Positions 1-10,400 of a DNA stretch of 37,383 bases are shown piece by piece (the first letter of the stretch is position 1; each line of letters begins with the position of its first letter). Position numbers and translations under genes: made by a program. Source of the DNA: a virus (lineage: Duplodnaviria > Caudoviricetes). The notes below the pieces were generated by a model that worked only from the letters and a program-made list of their open reading frames with translations, had not been told where the DNA came from and made no database searches. Location of the stretch: the IMG/VR virus record IMGVR_UViG_3300005573_000180, positions 1-37,383 of that record. One strand, 5' to 3'.

Positions 1-288
1 CACTAGCCTAGCCACGACGCCCGCAGGCCCCTCCAGCCCCGTCGGGATCGGCGTCACCTCAAACTCGTAGCTGCCGCCCGGCGTGACGTTCAGGGTCAGG
101 CCCCAGAAGCCGCTCGCGTTGGTCGTGGATGCGCGCGCCAATCGCCGCACCCCCACGCCCGCGACGGGTCGGCCCACCCCATCCACCGCCGAGCCGTAAA
201 TATAGCAATCCACTGTCGCCCGGATTGCGGCCTTATCCGAACAGCCGCACAGAACCAGAACCAGAAGCAAAAGGCGCATCAACTTCAT
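1..288 (-). CDS. Putative lipoprotein/secreted protein, runs off left edge (not in ORF track)
   Basis: Hand translation from ATG at 288: MKLMRLLLLVLVLCGCSDKAAIRATVDCYIYGSAVDGVGRPVAGV...TTNASGFWGL. Signal peptide with lipobox-like LCGC followed by a carboxypeptidase-regulatory-like beta-sandwich pattern. Confidence 0.6.
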   Translation of the reverse strand, partial: MKLMRLLLLVLVLCGCSDKAAIRATVDCYIYGSAVDGVGRPVAGVGVRRLARASTTNASGFWGLTLNVTPGGSYEFEVTPIPTGLEGPAGVVARLV

Positions 289-310
289 CTCTGCTTCCCA
301 TGCGAGCCCG

Positions 311-487
311 CTACCCAGTGTCTACCCCTCCAGCATGAACGTTTCGCTCGGCCTCCTCCACCTGGCGGCGCCCCTGCTCCTGGGTCTCAAGGCGCTTTTG
401 CAGCTCCTCAAGCTCCTTGCGCAGCATCGTATTCTCAACGAACAACACGCCGATAATCCGCATTAAATCATCCATTGTGACGTTCAT
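311..487 (-). CDS. Small coiled-coil hypothetical protein (58 aa)
   Basis: Hand translation MNVTMDDLMRIIGVLFVENTMLRKELEELQKRLE... ATG overlaps the upstream stop (ATGA at 484-487). Confidence 0.6.
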   Translation of the reverse strand: MNVTMDDLMRIIGVLFVENTMLRKELEELQKRLETQEQGRRQVEEAERNVHAGGVDTG

Positions 488-1341
488 GCCCTGTTCCCCT
501 CCAGTCTCTCTACTCGCTCCAGAAGTTGCTGCACCGCCACAGTTAGCAACGTCACCATCGCACCTAGGTCACGCCCATCTCCGAACTCCCCATCTGGACC
601 TCTCACCTGTTTCCTAACGAAGTCGGGCAGCGAGCTGTGATCGATACCCCTCTCGTCACCACGGATTCTACGTATAGCTGCCAAAGCATCACCCCTAAAG
701 TAGGGCGTGCGGTCGGTAAACGAGAGGGCAGAACAGTTGTTAGCGATCCAGATGCTCCCCGCGGGGAAGGCCACCAATGATCCATCATTGTATGACTGGA
801 TGATCTGGGTGTTACCGATATAGACGCGGAATGCGTTGCTCCAGTCAACAACCACCATAATCCTGGCTTGATAACCAGAGCCATATACCGTATTTAAACA
901 GAGCGCCGTCACTCCCCCGCCGCCGTCTTCAAGCCGCAGGGCCTCCGATTCGCTCGCCGATCTCGTTTTGATATGCACTAGGGAGCTGGGCGACGTTGTC
1001 CCGATGCCGACGTTGCCATTGCCATCAATGGTCAGCCGCGGTGTCGTGCCGATGGCTGACCCAGCACAAACCTGGAACTTATTTGCATCTGAGGCATTTA
1101 CGCCGATCGCGAACCTTGCCGTCCCATTGGTATCCAGCACCAACTTGGGATTGCCACTGGCAATAGTGAGCGTCAGGTCGCTGTTGACTTTATGCGCAGG
1201 GAACTCGGCATTAGCGTCTAGCGCCAGGAGCTTATTCGCCGTCGCCGTCGCTGCAGCGTGGAAACCGTCCACGGTGTCCGCGTCGCCCAGGATGTCCGAC
1301 CAGGTTTTGATACGGTTATTCGGCGTCAATATCTTCATCAC
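484..1341 (-). CDS. Tail fibre/spike protein with possible C-terminal intramolecular chaperone-like domain
   Basis: Contains the IDGNGNVGIGTTSPSSLVHI fibre repeat. The C-terminal region ends in LTVAVQQLLERVERLE, the coiled-coil end typical of peptidase S74-like chaperones. Confidence 0.7.
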   Translation of the reverse strand: MMKILTPNNRIKTWSDILGDADTVDGFHAAATATANKLLALDANAEFPAHKVNSDLTLTIASGNPKLVLDTNGTARFAIGVNASDANKFQVCAGSAIGTTPRLTIDGNGNVGIGTTSPSSLVHIKTRSASESEALRLEDGGGGVTALCLNTVYGSGYQARIMVVVDWSNAFRVYIGNTQIIQSYNDGSLVAFPAGSIWIANNCSALSFTDRTPYFRGDALAAIRRIRGDERGIDHSSLPDFVRKQVRGPDGEFGDGRDLGAMVTLLTVAVQQLLERVERLEGNRA

Positions 1342-1664
1342 TGATCTCCATACGCCGAGACAAAATGGGGGTTGTTGCTCGCTGGGGCCGCACCCAACCG
1401 CGCCACGATGCTCTTGGACGTGCTGTCCAGGACGATCGGGTCATCATAGAGGAGCGTCTCCCCAGCCGCTACGCTTACCTTGCAGAGGATATACTCCGAC
1501 GTACTAACCTTATAGACCACGTATACCGTCACCGCCGCCGTGTCTGCATTGTAGATGTTGATCAGCCGCACCGTGCGCACAACTCCGCTGGACGGTGCCT
1601 CCACGACGGTCACGTTCGTCGTGCCGTTCAGCGTCCCCTGCGAACTTCCCAGCGTGAAAGCCAT
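1338..1664 (-). CDS. Small beta-rich virion/tail-associated protein
   Basis: Start re-assigned to ATG 1664 (GGAGGG RBS upstream). MAFTLGSSQGTLNGTTNVTVVEAP... is beta-strand rich and lies in the tail module. Confidence 0.6.
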   Translation of the reverse strand: MAFTLGSSQGTLNGTTNVTVVEAPSSGVVRTVRLINIYNADTAAVTVYVVYKVSTSEYILCKVSVAAGETLLYDDPIVLDSTSKSIVARLGAAPASNNPHFVSAYGDQ

Positions 1665-1666
1665 CG

Positions 1667-2092
1667 CTATCCCTCCAGCTCCATCTCGCGCTTGGCTATC
1701 TCTCGCTCTTCCGGCGAGAGCCGCTCCCAGGCGTGAACGACCTGCACGACGCGGACGAGCCCATCCAGTTTTTCCTCCAGACTTGTCGCGTCCTCTATCA
1801 GCGCCGCCGGCCAATGCGGAACGCAGGATAGAACCTCTAGAGCCATGGGCAGGTCAGTCGCATCCAGGTCGCGCTCCACAGTCGTCTCACATAGGGCCGC
1901 AAATTTGTCGCGCTGCACTTCGAACCCGCCGTTATCCAGCAAACGCAGCCCCACCGAGGCTAATTCCTCCTCGCTCAAGACCATCTTGTTGCGTAGCCCC
2001 AGCGAGGCGCGCCACTGATTCGTGCTCATCTCGGCGTTACCGAAGGCATAGCGCATGAGCAACATCTGGAGTATCGTAAACGTGATCTTCAC
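1667..2092 (-). CDS. Hypothetical protein (possible fibre assembly chaperone)
   Basis: 141 aa ORF tightly coupled to neighbours. The function guess is from position only. Confidence 0.55.
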   Translation of the reverse strand: MKITFTILQMLLMRYAFGNAEMSTNQWRASLGLRNKMVLSEEELASVGLRLLDNGGFEVQRDKFAALCETTVERDLDATDLPMALEVLSCVPHWPAALIEDATSLEEKLDGLVRVVQVVHAWERLSPEEREIAKREMELEG

Positions 2093-2598
2093 TTAACCCC
2101 TCCATATCGAAATCGCCACATCATCTGATCCGCCTGAGCAAACACATTCGCCAGCGCCTGACGCAATTCTTGCACGATGCCCACGGGCAGCGCCTCGCGA
2201 TAGTTCAGCTTTCCCCCGTCGGGATACACGCTAAACAGCAATTGCCCGGCGAACTCTGCAGCGCCACCGTAATAGAATTTCACGTTGATCTCGTACTCCG
2301 TTTCCCCCAGCCCCCGGCTCAGCTGGATGGTTTGGACCGTTGGCTCGCGTCCCCCGTTCTCCTCATCGAATTTCTTCACCAGGGCCTTAGCGCGTTCTAC
2401 GAGGCTGCTCACGAAGGGCAATATATAGGCGCGGCGCACCTCGCTCAGCGCCCCGAATGGCCTCTCCCAGCCGACGCCCTGGCCGGGTATCTGCCGTCCC
2501 GATGGATCATAGCTGTGCGCGCGCATGTAGATGCCCCCTCCGGGCTCATCTAGGCCCATCAGCTCGATCCATTCCACGCGCGTCTCCGCAACCGTCAT
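2089..2598 (-). CDS. Hypothetical protein
   Basis: 169 aa ORF with 4-nt overlaps at both ends and a GGAGG RBS. Confidence 0.6.
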   Translation of the reverse strand: MTVAETRVEWIELMGLDEPGGGIYMRAHSYDPSGRQIPGQGVGWERPFGALSEVRRAYILPFVSSLVERAKALVKKFDEENGGREPTVQTIQLSRGLGETEYEINVKFYYGGAAEFAGQLLFSVYPDGGKLNYREALPVGIVQELRQALANVFAQADQMMWRFRYGGVK

Positions 2599-3881
2599 GA
2601 AACCCCTCCCGTCGGTGTGTTCGCCTTATCATACGTATGCGTATGGCTGGCCGATTGGCCGCTGGTCGTATACGTGTAGGGCGCACTAGCATAGTTGCGT
2701 GGCTTATAGTAGTTGTGCGTGTGCGATGATCCCGCCCCCGTCGGCGTGTCCGCCTTGTCGTAACTGTGGGTGTGGTCAGTTAGGTTGTAACTCGTATAAC
2801 GCTGCGTGCCAGAAGTTTGATAATCAATAACGCTGTAGTAGCCGTGGACGTGATTTGATTCTATCAGGATCGTCACACCAAACGTGTGCGTGTGCGAGCC
2901 ATGATCGCCCACGGTTGTTGCGCTCGTGGTTCCCCCCGTTGTGCTATATGACACGTCATGCGTATGGCAGGAATTTCCCGTCGACGACGAGATAACAGTG
3001 ATATAATGCCGATGCCCGCTTGATGCCCCCAAGGTCGCTGTGGGGGTATAGGTCAGCGCATGAGTATGGCTGTATTCGCTGGATACGGCGACGTATTCCG
3101 CGCCGATCGAATGGGTGTGATCCGCCGATGCCTCCCCTGTGTTCGTGGAGGTATAGGTCAGGCTGTGCGTGTGGGGTAACGTCGATCCCGTGAACGTCAC
3201 GGTGTTACCGCTCGCGCTGACGCTGATCCCGCCCGAACCGCTGAACGTCCAGGTATTGCTCGCATCCGGCACAGCGCTCCCCCCTCCGGCGGAGATGAGC
3301 AGCTTGAGCACCGCATCGGAGCGGATAACGCTATTCGCCGAGCCCGCGCCATACGCTGAGCCGAATGTTATCGCCGGGGTCGCATAGTTCGTTGCCCCAG
3401 GCTCGCCTTGTGGGCCCTGTGGACCTGTCTCGCCTGTCGCACCCTGCGGCCCCTGTGGACCTGTCTCGCCTGTCGCACCCTGTGGCCCCTGCGGGCCTTG
3501 TGGCCCGCCATATTCACCTTGTGGTCCCTGTGGGCCCTGTGGACCTGTCTCGCCTGTCGCACCCTGTGGCCCCTGTGGACCCGTAGCACCTGTCACACCT
3601 TGTGGGCCCTGAGAGCCCTGCACGCCTTGCGCGCCCTGTACACCTTGCGGGCCCTGAACGCCCTGTGCGCCTTGTATTCCCTGCGGCCCTTGCGGGCCCG
3701 TGGCCCCCTGTACACCTTGTGGTCCCTGCACACCTTGCGGGCCCTGCGGGCCTTGCGGCCCCTGAGGACCACCATATTCACCCTGAGGGCCCTGGGGGCC
3801 TTGGGGCCCCTGGGGGCCAGGAAGGCCGAAACCCATTAATCGGATCCATTCTCCGTTGACGTACGCCTTCAGGACCGCCAT
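2595..3881 (-). CDS. Collagen-like tail fibre with His-x-His repeat tip
   Basis: Long Gly-X-Y run ([12 protein letters not shown]) followed by many HTH/HSH/HRH/HVH motifs like the metal-binding needle of T4-type fibre tips. Confidence 0.85.
   Translation of the reverse strand: MAVLKAYVNGEWIRLMGFGLPGPQGPQGPQGPQGEYGGPQGPQGPQGPQGVQGPQGVQGATGPQGPQGIQGAQGVQGPQGVQGAQGVQGSQGPQGVTGATGPQGPQGATGETGPQGPQGPQGEYGGPQGPQGPQGATGETGPQGPQGATGETGPQGPQGEPGATNYATPAITFGSAYGAGSANSVIRSDAVLKLLISAGGGSAVPDASNTWTFSGSGGISVSASGNTVTFTGSTLPHTHSLTYTSTNTGEASADHTHSIGAEYVAVSSEYSHTHALTYTPTATLGASSGHRHYITVISSSTGNSCHTHDVSYSTTGGTTSATTVGDHGSHTHTFGVTILIESNHVHGYYSVIDYQTSGTQRYTSYNLTDHTHSYDKADTPTGAGSSHTHNYYKPRNYASAPYTYTTSGQSASHTHTYDKANTPTGGVS
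3398..3822. repeat. 9-bp-period tandem repeats encoding collagen Gly-X-Y
   Basis: Recurrent ggccctgt/ccttgcgggccc units, and ggacctgtctcgcctgtcgcaccctg present three times. Confidence 0.9.
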
Positions 3882-5128
3882 AGGCACTCCCCCACAGGCT
3901 CATAGCCTGGCTTGACGGCAATGAGTTGAGCGTCCAGGTAGTAGATGTTATGCTGCCTGTGCCACTCCGTCGGATACCAGGTCACCGCCCGCGCAAGCTG
4001 GAACTTGGCATAGCACGCTGGCACGTATCGCGCGAAGGCGGGATCGGTGTAGTACCAGAGACTGTTCTCGTTCCAAAAACTCTGATGCGTCGGGTCTTGA
4101 AACGCCCCCCGCCCGTCCGTAGAGGGCACGCTCAGGAAAAACCAGCCGCCTGGCACGAGCACGCGATAAACCTCGTTCATTATGCGTACGGGGTTAAAGA
4201 GGTGCTCCAGCACATCGCAGGCCCGTATCAGCCCCACCGAGTCCGACTCTACGGGGATGCCGTCCTCCAAGTCCCACAGCAAATCCGCTGGCGGGCGCTT
4301 GTCTAACGCGGTGTAGCCCTCCAGCACCTCGCCCCCCGCGCCGAGGTTGAGCATGGCTAGGTCATTGTCCCTGCACCAGCGCTCCACCATTGCTCGTATC
4401 CGCTCGGCGTAAACGGCCTGCGTCGCCGCCTGTATCTCGCCATTGCGCATAACGGTCGTGTTGCCCCCGTGTACGCGATAGAGGTAGAGGCATTTATCTA
4501 TGTGCCGCATCCCCGCCGCGCCGTAGGCGAGATATGTCCGACAAACGAGGTCATGGTCATCCCCCACCGCCCTGTGCCCATCGTGGCCCCCTAGGGCCTC
4601 GTACGCCGTCCGCCGCCAGGCCCGCACGTGGTTAGGGGCCCAGTAAACATAACGTAGAGCGTGGGGTGTTGGCGGAAAGGCGATCATCTCGGTCAATTCA
4701 TGGCCCTGGTAGGTAAAGGGCCGCGAGCGCCAGCCGTAATCGGGGCTATAGGCGTTCGCTTGCCACGTGCCATCGTGAAATTCGGCGAAATTGGAGTAGG
4801 CGAATTGCACCTGGCCATCCTCAAAAGCCCGCCCCAGCTCCTCTAGGGCGTCGGGCGTCAGCATATCGTCCGCGTCCAGCTCCACCAGGATGTCACCCTG
4901 GGCCTGTCGTGCGCCATACCATTTTAGCCAGCCGACGGCGTGCGTGCCGCCCCCCACCATGACGGGCTGTACCCGCTTATCCGCGCTAACCTCGGCGGGT
5001 ATCTCCCCGCCATTGTTGCAAACGATAACCCATTCCCAGTTCTGACAGCTTTGTGCCACCAGGCTCGCATAGGCCTCAGCAATGTATGGGTTTGTCCCCG
5101 CATAATGCGCCGTGATGATGGAAAACAT
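3869..5128 (-). CDS. GT2 glycosyltransferase fused to class I SAM-dependent methyltransferase
   Basis: N-terminal FSIITAHY...ELDADD...GDDHDL...LYLYRVH (GT-A fold). C-terminal LNLGAG...DVLEHL...[10 protein letters not shown] (methyltransferase type 11-like). Confidence 0.85.
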   Translation of the reverse strand: MFSIITAHYAGTNPYIAEAYASLVAQSCQNWEWVIVCNNGGEIPAEVSADKRVQPVMVGGGTHAVGWLKWYGARQAQGDILVELDADDMLTPDALEELGRAFEDGQVQFAYSNFAEFHDGTWQANAYSPDYGWRSRPFTYQGHELTEMIAFPPTPHALRYVYWAPNHVRAWRRTAYEALGGHDGHRAVGDDHDLVCRTYLAYGAAGMRHIDKCLYLYRVHGGNTTVMRNGEIQAATQAVYAERIRAMVERWCRDNDLAMLNLGAGGEVLEGYTALDKRPPADLLWDLEDGIPVESDSVGLIRACDVLEHLFNPVRIMNEVYRVLVPGGWFFLSVPSTDGRGAFQDPTHQSFWNENSLWYYTDPAFARYVPACYAKFQLARAVTWYPTEWHRQHNIYYLDAQLIAVKPGYEPVGECLWRS

Positions 5129-5136
5129 CTCCCTCC

Positions 5137-6642
5137 TCAGACCATGAACCAGAGATCGGCCAGCCCGGCCATATCCGGCGAGGGCTCATCCGTATCTACC
5201 CAAAACATCCCCTCGAAATGCACCCCCGGTTCGTCATTCGAGACCGCCGCTTTACCAAAATGCAGGTTGGTCGTCAGGGCCTCGTGACGCCCGTTCGTGA
5301 GATATTGCGTGTGATCATCATCCTCTAACCCGCTCAGCTCGCCATGGTCCAGGATCGAGGGATTGAAGGCGACGGTCAATACATGCGTCCCCGCCGTCGT
5401 GGTGATGCCGGACGAGCCCTTAATCTGTATCTTGTTCTCCAACGTGGGGCTGACAATGACACCGGCATCATCCATCAAGCCCCAGTCAGGCCGAGGGATC
5501 GCCGGACGCATCCGCCCCCCGCCACCTCCTCGCGTAGAGGTCGGTTTCTCCGCGCCGAAGATCAGCTCGATCTCCTCAGAACCGACGGCATCATCCTGGA
5601 TGCTGATGTTGAACCCCGTCAACTCTTCACAGACCACCCGCGTCCTCAGGCGGCTGTCGTAATGGGCGATCTTGTCCCCGATCCAGAAATCTCGCCCCAA
5701 CTGGTAGGCCTCGGACTCCACGAAACTCCAGGTATGGCCCTCCTCGGCGCGATAACCCGTGAGGATGTCACGAACCGCGCTCTCACCGGTCACCTCGGTG
5801 ATGATCTCGCGGCGGAACGTCCCACTGGCGCCGGGATTGGCGTAAACGCTGTGCCCGTCGGCCCCATAGCCATGGGTGCGCGCCTTGAGCTTATCGATGT
5901 ACCATTCGCTTCTCCCCATCACCTGGTAAACGTCGCTCAGGATGACAGGGTTGGGATTCCCCGGCGTCCTGTCGCTGCCCCGCCGGGGATACCAGGTGTC
6001 GAAGGTGAAGGTGATGGCGTTGCCTGTCCCGTTCCACGTCGGAGTCCAGGTGATGTCTATGCCCTGGTCCTGGCAGATCGCCTTGAGCGCGTCCCAGAGG
6101 ATGCCCCCGCGTTCGTATGTCGCGCTCGTGGGATGCTCGCCCTTGTTCGCTGCCACCGTCAGCCCAGCTATCCCCCGATCCTGCCCGTTGGGGTCCTGAT
6201 AGGCCGTCCCCGGCTGGCATTGGTGGCGCACGAATTCTTTGATGACGTTGTCGATATAACCCGTCGCGCTGTCCATCTCGTCAGCGCTCGACGGCGCGGG
6301 CTGCAGGATGCGGCAATCCAGGAAATAGCTATTGCCCCCGCGCCCGGCCAACTCACACAGGTCCCAGCGCCGAGAACGCGGGTTCCAGGCTAGTTTGACG
6401 TTCTCGATGGCGAAGACTTGAGCTCTGTCCCCGCGTTGGACGTACAGGAATTGATCCTGGGTCACGTCGATCAGAGAATAGAATTGCGACGCGATGGGTA
6501 TGGCGCACGTGAACGAGCATTCATCCAAGATGGCCCAGTGCAGGCGGAAGCGCTTCAGCTCGCTCTCGATGCGCTGAACCGGCACAAACGAGCTATCCAG
6601 TAGCCAGACCTGCCAATCCTTTATCCAGGTATGTATGCTCAT
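5137..6642 (-). CDS. Minor tail / baseplate hub protein (ReqiPepy6 Gp37-like)
   Basis: Position after distal tail gene; YQLGRDFWIGDKI motif typical of this family. Confidence 0.65.
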   Translation of the reverse strand: MSIHTWIKDWQVWLLDSSFVPVQRIESELKRFRLHWAILDECSFTCAIPIASQFYSLIDVTQDQFLYVQRGDRAQVFAIENVKLAWNPRSRRWDLCELAGRGGNSYFLDCRILQPAPSSADEMDSATGYIDNVIKEFVRHQCQPGTAYQDPNGQDRGIAGLTVAANKGEHPTSATYERGGILWDALKAICQDQGIDITWTPTWNGTGNAITFTFDTWYPRRGSDRTPGNPNPVILSDVYQVMGRSEWYIDKLKARTHGYGADGHSVYANPGASGTFRREIITEVTGESAVRDILTGYRAEEGHTWSFVESEAYQLGRDFWIGDKIAHYDSRLRTRVVCEELTGFNISIQDDAVGSEEIELIFGAEKPTSTRGGGGGRMRPAIPRPDWGLMDDAGVIVSPTLENKIQIKGSSGITTTAGTHVLTVAFNPSILDHGELSGLEDDDHTQYLTNGRHEALTTNLHFGKAAVSNDEPGVHFEGMFWVDTDEPSPDMAGLADLWFMV

Positions 6643-7448
6643 CCTAGCCCCGCCCGCACGATGTTATAGTAAACCCGATATTGCGCCGTCCCGCTGGCGG
6701 CGCGTAGGCGGATCGTGCCTCCACCGGGGTCGAGCGCGAAGAAGCGCGAGGCCGTGCCCGCGTAGCCCGTCCAGTTCTGTTCTGCCGCTGTGCCCCCCTG
6801 GATATAGAGCACGCGCACCGGCTGGGTGTAAATCCAGAGCACATCATTGACCGCCGTCGCCGTGCCGATGGTGATGGACTCTCCCGTCGCCAAGTTGGTG
6901 ATCGTTGGGGTTCCACAGGCCCCGGTGATCTTGTGCATCGGCCAGGCGTGATAATCCCCGTCGTTGGTATAGGCGATGTTCACTGGCGTCGTGCCGTTGA
7001 ACGTCCCGGCGAGCTCTACGGTGGCGCCGTAATACCAGAAGGGCCCCGGCGCCTGGAACGAAAGGCGAATGACTCCCAGGCGATGCGTCGGCCCATCCCA
7101 TTCCGGCGCAGCCACGCTCGCCTGCGTCCAATACGTCCCGCCATTATCCAGCACGATCTGCACCGTCCCCGGCGTTCCCCGCGCGATATCGCGCAAAAAC
7201 CAAGAGCGCCATTGAGCGACCGTTCCCCGCACGTTGTCGTAGGAGTCGGCCTGGACGATGAAGTGAAGGCTGAATTCTCGCCGCCTCAGGTCGGTCCCGT
7301 CGTAGATGGAATGGTCGGCAGAGATGTTCTCCCAAACGGGCTCCACCGGCCAGACATCTAGCCCCTCGCCGCGGATGTATTTCACCCCCGGCGTCGTCAG
7401 CTCGTGGACCGTCCCGTCGGATTCGATGTAGCGGATCGTCTCTCCCAT
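6639..7448 (-). CDS. Distal tail protein (Dit-like)
   Basis: Immediately after tape measure; start re-assigned to ATG 7448. Motifs FQAPGPFWY, NDGDYHAWP, FFALDPGG. Confidence 0.75.
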   Translation of the reverse strand: MGETIRYIESDGTVHELTTPGVKYIRGEGLDVWPVEPVWENISADHSIYDGTDLRRREFSLHFIVQADSYDNVRGTVAQWRSWFLRDIARGTPGTVQIVLDNGGTYWTQASVAAPEWDGPTHRLGVIRLSFQAPGPFWYYGATVELAGTFNGTTPVNIAYTNDGDYHAWPMHKITGACGTPTITNLATGESITIGTATAVNDVLWIYTQPVRVLYIQGGTAAEQNWTGYAGTASRFFALDPGGGTIRLRAASGTAQYRVYYNIVRAGLG

Positions 7449-7449
7449 C

Positions 7450-10400
7450 TCAGTACGCTCCCTGCAACCCGGCGAGGATGTATTCCCGTGCGCTCTCGTT
7501 GACCGCGCGGATGATCGCGTCGGTGATCGTGGGCACGAAATCCTCATCCAGGGCGATCTTGAGCTGTATCTCCACCTGCTCCGGGGCTGGCCCGCTGGGG
7601 CCTGAGATGACCGGCGCCGGTGGCGGTGCTCCGCCTGGACCCGAGATGACCGGCGTCGGGTTGGGGTTCTCCGGGATCATCAGGTTGAGCATTCGCGCCG
7701 CATCCTGAAGCTGAAGGATCAGCCCGCGCATGAAGTCGAAGTTGATTCCCCCGGTTTCCGCCGCCTCCCATGTCGCCTTGGCGATCTCCTCGATCGCCGA
7801 CATCAGCGCGGCGATGGTTTTGGCCGTCTCCACCGCCGGCTCCAGGGCGTCCCCCGTCTGATTCTTCAGGCTATTGAGCGCGGGGACGAGTTTGGTCACC
7901 GCCGTGCTCATGTCAGCGATGTAACGGTTCAGCGCCTCCCCAAACCCTTTGCTCTTCAGGTCGATGATCTCCTGGAAGACGTCGCTGAACCCCAGCAAGG
8001 AGACGATCTCCTTGATGCTCGCTGCCGCCTCCTGCACCTGGGGCAGGAGCGCTCGCCAGGCGGCCGGTTTCCCCGTGATCCAGTTGACGATCCCCGTCAC
8101 CGCCGCGTCCAGGCCAGCCATGTAGCTCTGCAACGCCGCGCCGAAGTTGCGCGGGAGGATGAAGACCTTGGTCAGGTCAACGCCCAGGAGCTCGGCGATC
8201 TTCCTCAGGCTCTCGCTCGCCTTGGCCGCCTGCTCCAGCACGCGGTTGCTGATACCGCGCCGCACTTCGCTCACAATCCCCATCACCCGCCGCAGCGCCG
8301 CCATCAGGACATCTCCCCATCCCGCGATGTCGACCTTTTTCGGCGGGACGAGGTTGGAGAGGTTCGCCCCGATAAGCTCCAGGTAGGGTTTGATCTGCGC
8401 CACCCGCTCGGCAGACTTCTCAAGGTCCTCCTTGCGGATCAACCTCTGGATGCGGTAGACGATATCATTGACCTTGACCAACACGTCCAACATCAACTGG
8501 CCCCAAGCATCCAGGCTGGGCATCTCCTCGGGTAGGCTCAACCCCGCCAGGTTCGTGGGGACGAGCTCCAGGAGCGCCTTAAGTTGGGGCACGACGTTCG
8601 CATGCACCTCTGCATCCAGCTGGGGCACCTGCCTCTGAAAACGGTAGACAATATCATTGACCTTGACGAGCACATCCAGCATCCACTGCCCCCAGGCGTC
8701 CAAATTGGGCATCTCCTCGGCCAATTGAACGCGCGAGAGATCCACCGTCGCCAACGAAAGCAGTTGTGAGAGCGCCGCCACCTGATCCTTGAATTTCTCG
8801 GCATCCTCTACCTTCACGATGTCTTTAGAACGGTAGACGATATCGTTGACCTTGACGAGCAGAGCCAGTATCTGCCCTCCCCAGGCGTCCAGGTTGGGCA
8901 TCTCTTTGCGCACCTCAACCCCCTTGAGCGCTTGGGCAGAAGAGCTGATCAGCTGCATCAGTTGGTTAAGCGGCTCTAGCCGCTCTTTGAGCGCGTTCAA
9001 TTCCCCCTTGAGCGGCTCGCTGATGGCGTAGAGCTTGCGCGCCGCCATGGTCATGAACGCACCGAGCTTCTCCAGCCCCTGCTCTATCCCCTCCGGCAGC
9101 TCGATGCACAATAGGTCGCGGATCGCCTGCTTCGCCGCGCTGACCCCCTGGGCGATGTCCTGAGCGACCTGGGCGAGCGTCTTGGTGAGCGGCTCGCTGG
9201 CGCGCTCGGCCTCGCGCCGGGAGGCGCTGGGTGAGGAGATGTCTGGGACGGTGATCTCGCGCAAATCCAGCGTCGGCAGGGGCGGCAGCTGCACCTTGAA
9301 GTTAGCCAGCTGGTTCTGGAGGGCCTTCATCGTCGCCTCGGCGGAGGCGATGTCCGCCTTCTGGAGGGCGAGGATAGCCCGTACCTGGGCCGCCGCCGCG
9401 TTTACGTTCCCCTGGGCCACGAGCTTGGAGATCTCCACGGACCTCTCGCCGATCTCCCGCTCCATCTGCAGGCGCTTCGATCCGCCCTCGTAGATCGTAT
9501 CCAGAAGGGCCTTCTGCTCCGCCGCCGTTAACTTAACGAACCCCTCGCTCTCGGTGAGCTTGAGCGCCAACGTGCGCCGCACTTGGTCACTCTGTTCCTT
9601 GAGCTGGTCGATGTAGGCCTTCTGCTGCTGGATCTTCTGGATGATCAGCGAGCGCTGCTGGAGCTGTTCCTGGATGCTGTAGCCATACTTGGAAAGAGCC
9701 TGCTGGTTTTGGAAGCTCTGCTGGAGTTTGAGGGCATCTTCTGTGCGCCCCGCCGCAACGAGCGCCGCGTACCGCGCCTCGTATTCAGCCCGCGCCTGAA
9801 GGCTCTGCACCTCGTACTCGAACTGCATGTTCAGGCGGTTGTTAGCGAACTCCTCTTCCAGCTGCGTCATAGCTTGCTGGTGGTCGTAGACCACACGCTG
9901 GAAGGCGACGAGTTGCTGGGTGACCTCGTTCGTGCTGAAGGCCTGGGCCAGAGCCTGGTTCATCCCCGTGGCGAAGTCGGCTAGGGCCTGGTCCCGCAGC
10001 GCCGCGAAACTCGCCGAGACCTGGCCGGTGAAATTAGCCACCGACAGGGCTGCCGCCCCTAGCTCGGCGTCGATCGTCTGGCGCGTGTTGCGCAGGCCGG
10101 CGTTGAAGAGTTCCTCTTGAGCGGCGAACTTGGCAAAGGCATCCCCCGACGCGGCGATGTTCACCCCGCCGGATTGCAGGGCTCCCTGAACGGCCATCCA
10201 CTCCGCTTTCGTGGGGATCAGCCCCTCGTCCCTGAGCTTTCTGATACCATAGTTGACGTTCCAGATGCTCTTATCTAGCGCGCCGTGCGCCTTAGCCACC
10301 TCGTACGCTTTGGCCGTGTACTCCTCATAGCTCATGCCCGAGGCTTGGGCTTGCGCCGTGAGCTCCTCCAGGGCGCTCTTCCCCTGAGCGCGCATGGCGG

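Noticed and set aside
484-3881. Diversity-generating retroelement acting on fibre genes
   Set aside because: No reverse transcriptase and no template/variable repeat pair seen in the window.
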